A stretch of DNA of 39,906 nt from a virus. Taxonomy: Duplodnaviria; Caudoviricetes. The notes beneath the pieces were generated by a model. The model saw only the letters and a program-made list of their open reading frames with translations. It was not told the origin of the DNA and did no database searches. Position 1 is the first letter of the stretch; each line of letters opens with the position of its first letter. Below are positions 38,301 to 39,906 of the stretch, piece by piece. The stretch lies in the IMG/VR virus record IMGVR_UViG_3300030107_003716, positions 1 through 39,906 of that record; one strand, written 5' to 3'. Made by a program: the position numbers and the translations under genes.

Positions 38301-38707
38301 CTACTGACGATGACTCTGCTAAGATATTAAGATATGTTGTTAGCTGTGAGTCAACAAATGCTAGTGCTACTGATATGTTTTTAGATGGTCCTGGTGGAAG
38401 TCAAAGACTGGTAATTCCTAACAATACAACTTGGCTTTGGGAGTGCCATATCGTAGCAAGAAGATGTGATGCAGATGATGAACACGCTGGTTATACAATG
38501 ACGGGAGTTACTTATAATGATGGTGATAATGCCAATACAGAAGGCGATACAGTTGTTACTACATACGAAAGTAATTCAGCTTGGAGTCCACAAGCAGTTG
38601 ATGGTGGTAGTAGTGGGGCTAGGCATTTAAATATTCAAGGAGTAGGCGAGGAAAATAAAACCATTCGATGGGTATGCTCTATTAAAATAGTTCAAGTTCA
38701 AGGATAA
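32333..38707 (+). CDS. Long tail fibre / receptor-binding protein (2124 aa)
   Basis: More than a dozen G(N/K)VGIGTxxP..(K)L(H/D)V repeats separated by variable beta-rich modules. Confidence 0.85.
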   Translation: MAEWKKLLVANPSASDIASSPSSGKVLKVGSGGALEWSTDSGGSFTTSGTVASFIGTKTEVKTTSADAIGVVLELLKHSASPANNDVIGTIAFDSNNWDSDGSEVDGSQNYAQIIATATNVESGAGAGKLEFKAIHADTLATRLTIDGTKTTFGGYAVFGSGTAIVGNNSLIERMAEYQGRQGTNSKIEMHSTGDVSIRSSSTDDAFYIKDDGKIGIGTNSPSNTLHVNDSAEVTAKITSSNSIGTQLSLDADGTGGGEWKLVSGANGAGIGGGSFGIFNNAYRFNISSTGLVGIGVASPTNRLDVGGATLIGTHDGAFTVDEGSNMLVVNSTDSQIFSLRRADANKQWNFAIGLSGELTFRERSNDTGTGNNRVTILKDGKVGIGTTTPSDALHIYNASSSLALKVERDNGSTAMVSAGGATSYFGTNDATDVEIGTNLSGTAQVMMFLDHSTNKIGIGTSSPVEKLDVRGDILSTGDITILSNQYLRADNSAGAGINSNRIKLKNHSTGDMEFTLESNDYDFVFTNGQVGIGTLSPETVLHAEGTGHISTVESTNTVAYQQFWNTTSGNNTTNNGLTVGLNGADAYFHHREDGKIYLGTNDTTRMTIYHNGTKSRVGINHTSPDYALDIINDGDNQFRVGRSASKFVRISDDVLAFTGMTGNGMRILTTDASDIKIGTNGTTDKLVIKSTGNVGIGTDAPTQKLVVWGQLMLDSWIRGYEDSSGHTYERYWMNFNSGNPLYRTGGDDKYHKFERYTGDEVVMVVGGTNKRVGIGVTSPTEKLHVDGNILSTGSLTATSGLIKPSSGSAQVVIEGHEDAKLVIKSDLGGALADWWTIKAHESPQDLTITNGNSERWRLTNGGIITTKTEGSAYPLNIYSYGSSARIGITATKGTLASPVDIDEDGYLLGGLDFYGWESSSNRRGASILGYTAGVWSSTQYPTDLAFLTVPTSSTTPTERMRIASSGNVGIGTDAPATDLHVANASDHAIIRIEGASNKDATLQMFGDRDWILQNDGDGTLGTADYFHLYDLTAGASRIVVDTSGHIGMGTVSPAHQLDIQDIGVTEARVKSTSHTSGSGRARLILDGKADISEVFFANTGTNKASIYMDSSASPNKLGVWSFLNSSVITVWDLTNDRVGIGTQTPTEKLHVDGNILTTGELKYSGNGAIRMGAANSLFTLQGGTGANAGMDGKIQVYGQSSNWGRVVINYGYQNASTKLSFTVDDTEEAKIGRYGSFHANVRNVNNEGIFIGASASIVWGNPELTYRVSADQKHRFDIDGSTKMLLESDTLKLYTASSFDTTSVATMISSSAMNFVGGDDMRILFTEGTSTYRGMIGYEHAGSTYVGIWDSGSSSTPSLVSQGGKIGIGTTSPVEKLDISAGNIRLDNQQMLTFATTDSESGRVGIQGDESSDFIRFRTDNANRMAITNSGVGIGTIAPTHPLELHEAGTMGFFDHDYTGFVTQNAGESPRQTFIRSRGTNASPTAITSGDVLGEICYYGTTATDSLRESAKLRVVSEGTIGNASIPSYFQFLTTKEGETASAARIKIDHAGRILVGRQDVGSSDSTNFSAQFTDTSGTNAIHQFGQQYTNYRTEGASIQLGRHGGTTASRAVIADTGAGDGTVLGTLNFRAYSPGGGSPTFHLAAQIQGVVDGNFATNSAPGALVFLTHKDWATSGNNATERMRLTASGRLGIGTDSPIQPLHIYSNNNNSDVSVIIDNDNAGGTCGLGFASGVGDNVAIGIEKVGSNFAIEQGLGLAGSGTRMLTITPQGGVGIGIDAPHTKLHVESSSNDILQIENSQTDHSSARQANIRFVTNSTISNLNIGNIGYQSTDNTWDGVKFIQQINNGNAVQTIAENIRGNTWKWFTGGTQRMSIASDGKVKMGTDITTTARGFLDVKGDGHNQGFYVGAGSVYLPTDIGHSSGGYGFDIKTVNLRMGTDGHGDITIKSKYAGNDMILGTATHPKALRIVDEHAGWVQTGKEFTDGGSTDDDSAKILRYVVSCESTNASATDMFLDGPGGSQRLVIPNNTTWLWECHIVARRCDADDEHAGYTMTGVTYNDGDNANTEGDTVVTTYESNSAWSPQAVDGGSSGARHLNIQGVGEENKTIRWVCSIKIVQVQG

Positions 38708-38753
38708 AATTTGTCATGGTGACAATTAACAATAACAAAATAAGGAGTCTATA

Positions 38754-38996
38754 ATGGCTGATAAATACACAAAGAAAAAGGCTGAATCTTCTTCTCCAGT
38801 TGAACCCCCAGCAGATGCTTGGAAAGATGCAATTGTGGAGAAAGAACATCAACCAGCAAAGCAGAAGTCTGAAGTTTCATATCGTCAGATTGAAGAACAG
38901 ATTAATGGTATTGATGCTCAGGTTAAATCACTTGGTGAAATGAAAACTGCTTTAAGTGCTGAACTAGCTGAGATTAAAAAAGCTGTCGAAGCGTAA
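38754..38996 (+). CDS. Small coiled-coil protein (possible fibre chaperone)
   Basis: AAGGAG RBS; heptad C-terminus; follows the fibre gene. Confidence 0.6.
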   Translation: MADKYTKKKAESSSPVEPPADAWKDAIVEKEHQPAKQKSEVSYRQIEEQINGIDAQVKSLGEMKTALSAELAEIKKAVEA

Positions 38997-39023
38997 ACAC
39001 TCTTAGATACCTGGTAGGTTGAT

Positions 39024-39359
39024 ATGGATACAACGACTATCATTGAAGCCTGGGGTACATTAGGGGTAACTGGCGTAATGGCCGTCATGTTTGGATTCAT
39101 GATTGCCAATATTATTAAGAGCCAGAATTCCCAGAATGATACATTAGATAAATTAGCCGTATCCCAGGCTAAGAGTGAAGAGACAATGAATAACCTAGAA
39201 TCAATTGTTTTAAAACTTTTGGACCGCATACAGCGAGAATCAGAACAAGGCAATGATGAGCGTAATAGAAGGCACGAAGCAATCTCCAGGGATATTGCTG
39301 ATATGGATGCACAGCTTTCAGAAATCAAGGGAATAATTTCTAGACTCAATGGTAGCTAA
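39024..39359 (+). CDS. Holin-like membrane protein
   Basis: N-terminal TM helix (LGVTGVMAVMFGFMIA) plus coiled coil. Confidence 0.55.
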   Translation: MDTTTIIEAWGTLGVTGVMAVMFGFMIANIIKSQNSQNDTLDKLAVSQAKSEETMNNLESIVLKLLDRIQRESEQGNDERNRRHEAISRDIADMDAQLSEIKGIISRLNGS

Positions 39360-39693
39360 TGAGACAAATAAACCTAAAACGGCAAGGTCTTATAGAGCAT
39401 CTGTCATTGACGACAATCTGTCTTTGCATATTAATGCTAAATGGGCTTTACAAGTACTTGTACTTGTGGCTGGACTTGTCTATTCGTACTTACAAATTGA
39501 AAACAGAATTGCAGAGCTTGAGCGAAGAGTGGAATTATCTGATGCCGAAATTGCAGAACTTGTCAATAAGCATATAGCAGAAGAAGAAGTTAAAATAGCA
39601 CAAATGCAAGAGCAGTTAGAATGGTACGAAAAAGAATTATCTCTAGAATTAAATCCTTTAAACTGGGGAAAGAAAAGAAAGAAACGAAAATAA
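39349..39693 (+). CDS. Diverged copy of the 70..402 membrane protein
   Basis: KPKTARSYRA...LVAGLVYSYLQ.ENRI...LNPL.WGKK shared. Confidence 0.7.
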   Translation: MVANETNKPKTARSYRASVIDDNLSLHINAKWALQVLVLVAGLVYSYLQIENRIAELERRVELSDAEIAELVNKHIAEEEVKIAQMQEQLEWYEKELSLELNPLNWGKKRKKRK

Positions 39694-39745
39694 TGCAAGA
39701 TTTAAACAACTATATAAAATTTATGAAAATGGTGGGGAAAATATA

Positions 39746-39906
39746 ATGACTTCTGATGCTATAACATTAATACAAGAATTGGGATTTCCAATTGCTCTTA
39801 GCGTTGGATTAGCTTTTGCTTTATATAGTGTAGTAAGATTTATTTTAAAAGAAAAAGTAGAAGATACTTTAAATAGATTTGATGAAAAACATGAAAATTT
39901 ACAACA
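39746..39906 (+). CDS. Partial (truncated by window end) copy of the 399..665 holin-like gene
   Basis: MTSDAITLIQELGFP...FILKEKVEDTLNRFDEKHENLQ. Confidence 0.7.
   Translation, partial: MTSDAITLIQELGFPIALSVGLAFALYSVVRFILKEKVEDTLNRFDEKHENLQ

Larger units (their letters stand above)
39349..39906 (+). repeat. Imperfect terminal repeat of 70..559
   Basis: Colinear homologous genes; 471..559 matches 39818..39906 except for one substitution. Confidence 0.85.

Noticed and set aside
32333-38707. Diversity-generating retroelement acting on the tail fibre
   Set aside because: No reverse transcriptase gene and no template/variable repeat pair differing only at adenines

Overview
This window is an essentially complete, AT-rich, roughly 39.3 kb temperate tailed-phage genome with podovirus-like structural genes. 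Its two ends overlap as diverged copies of the same lysis-region genes. Gene order: lysis genes; attP (3' half of tRNA-Ser(GCT) flanked by 11-bp arm-type repeats); XRE repressor and excisionase; recombination/replication genes with a lambda-like origin inside the initiator gene; a minus-strand operon containing a tyrosine integrase; terminase, portal, scaffold, major capsid and tail proteins; a 2529-aa polyvalent protein with two ART-like modules; and a 2124-aa tail fibre. The standout signal is in the minus-strand integrase operon. Three type I hammerhead ribozymes sit directly after three consecutive stop codons, each ahead of the next gene's ribosome-binding site, and the last precedes the integrase. 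They share an identical stem I (CCAUA/UAUGG) and show covarying pairing between loop II and the 3' tail. This suggests a ribozyme-punctuated polycistron that cuts itself into single-gene, possibly circularisable, RNAs. Protein calls come from motif recognition by eye, not database searches.
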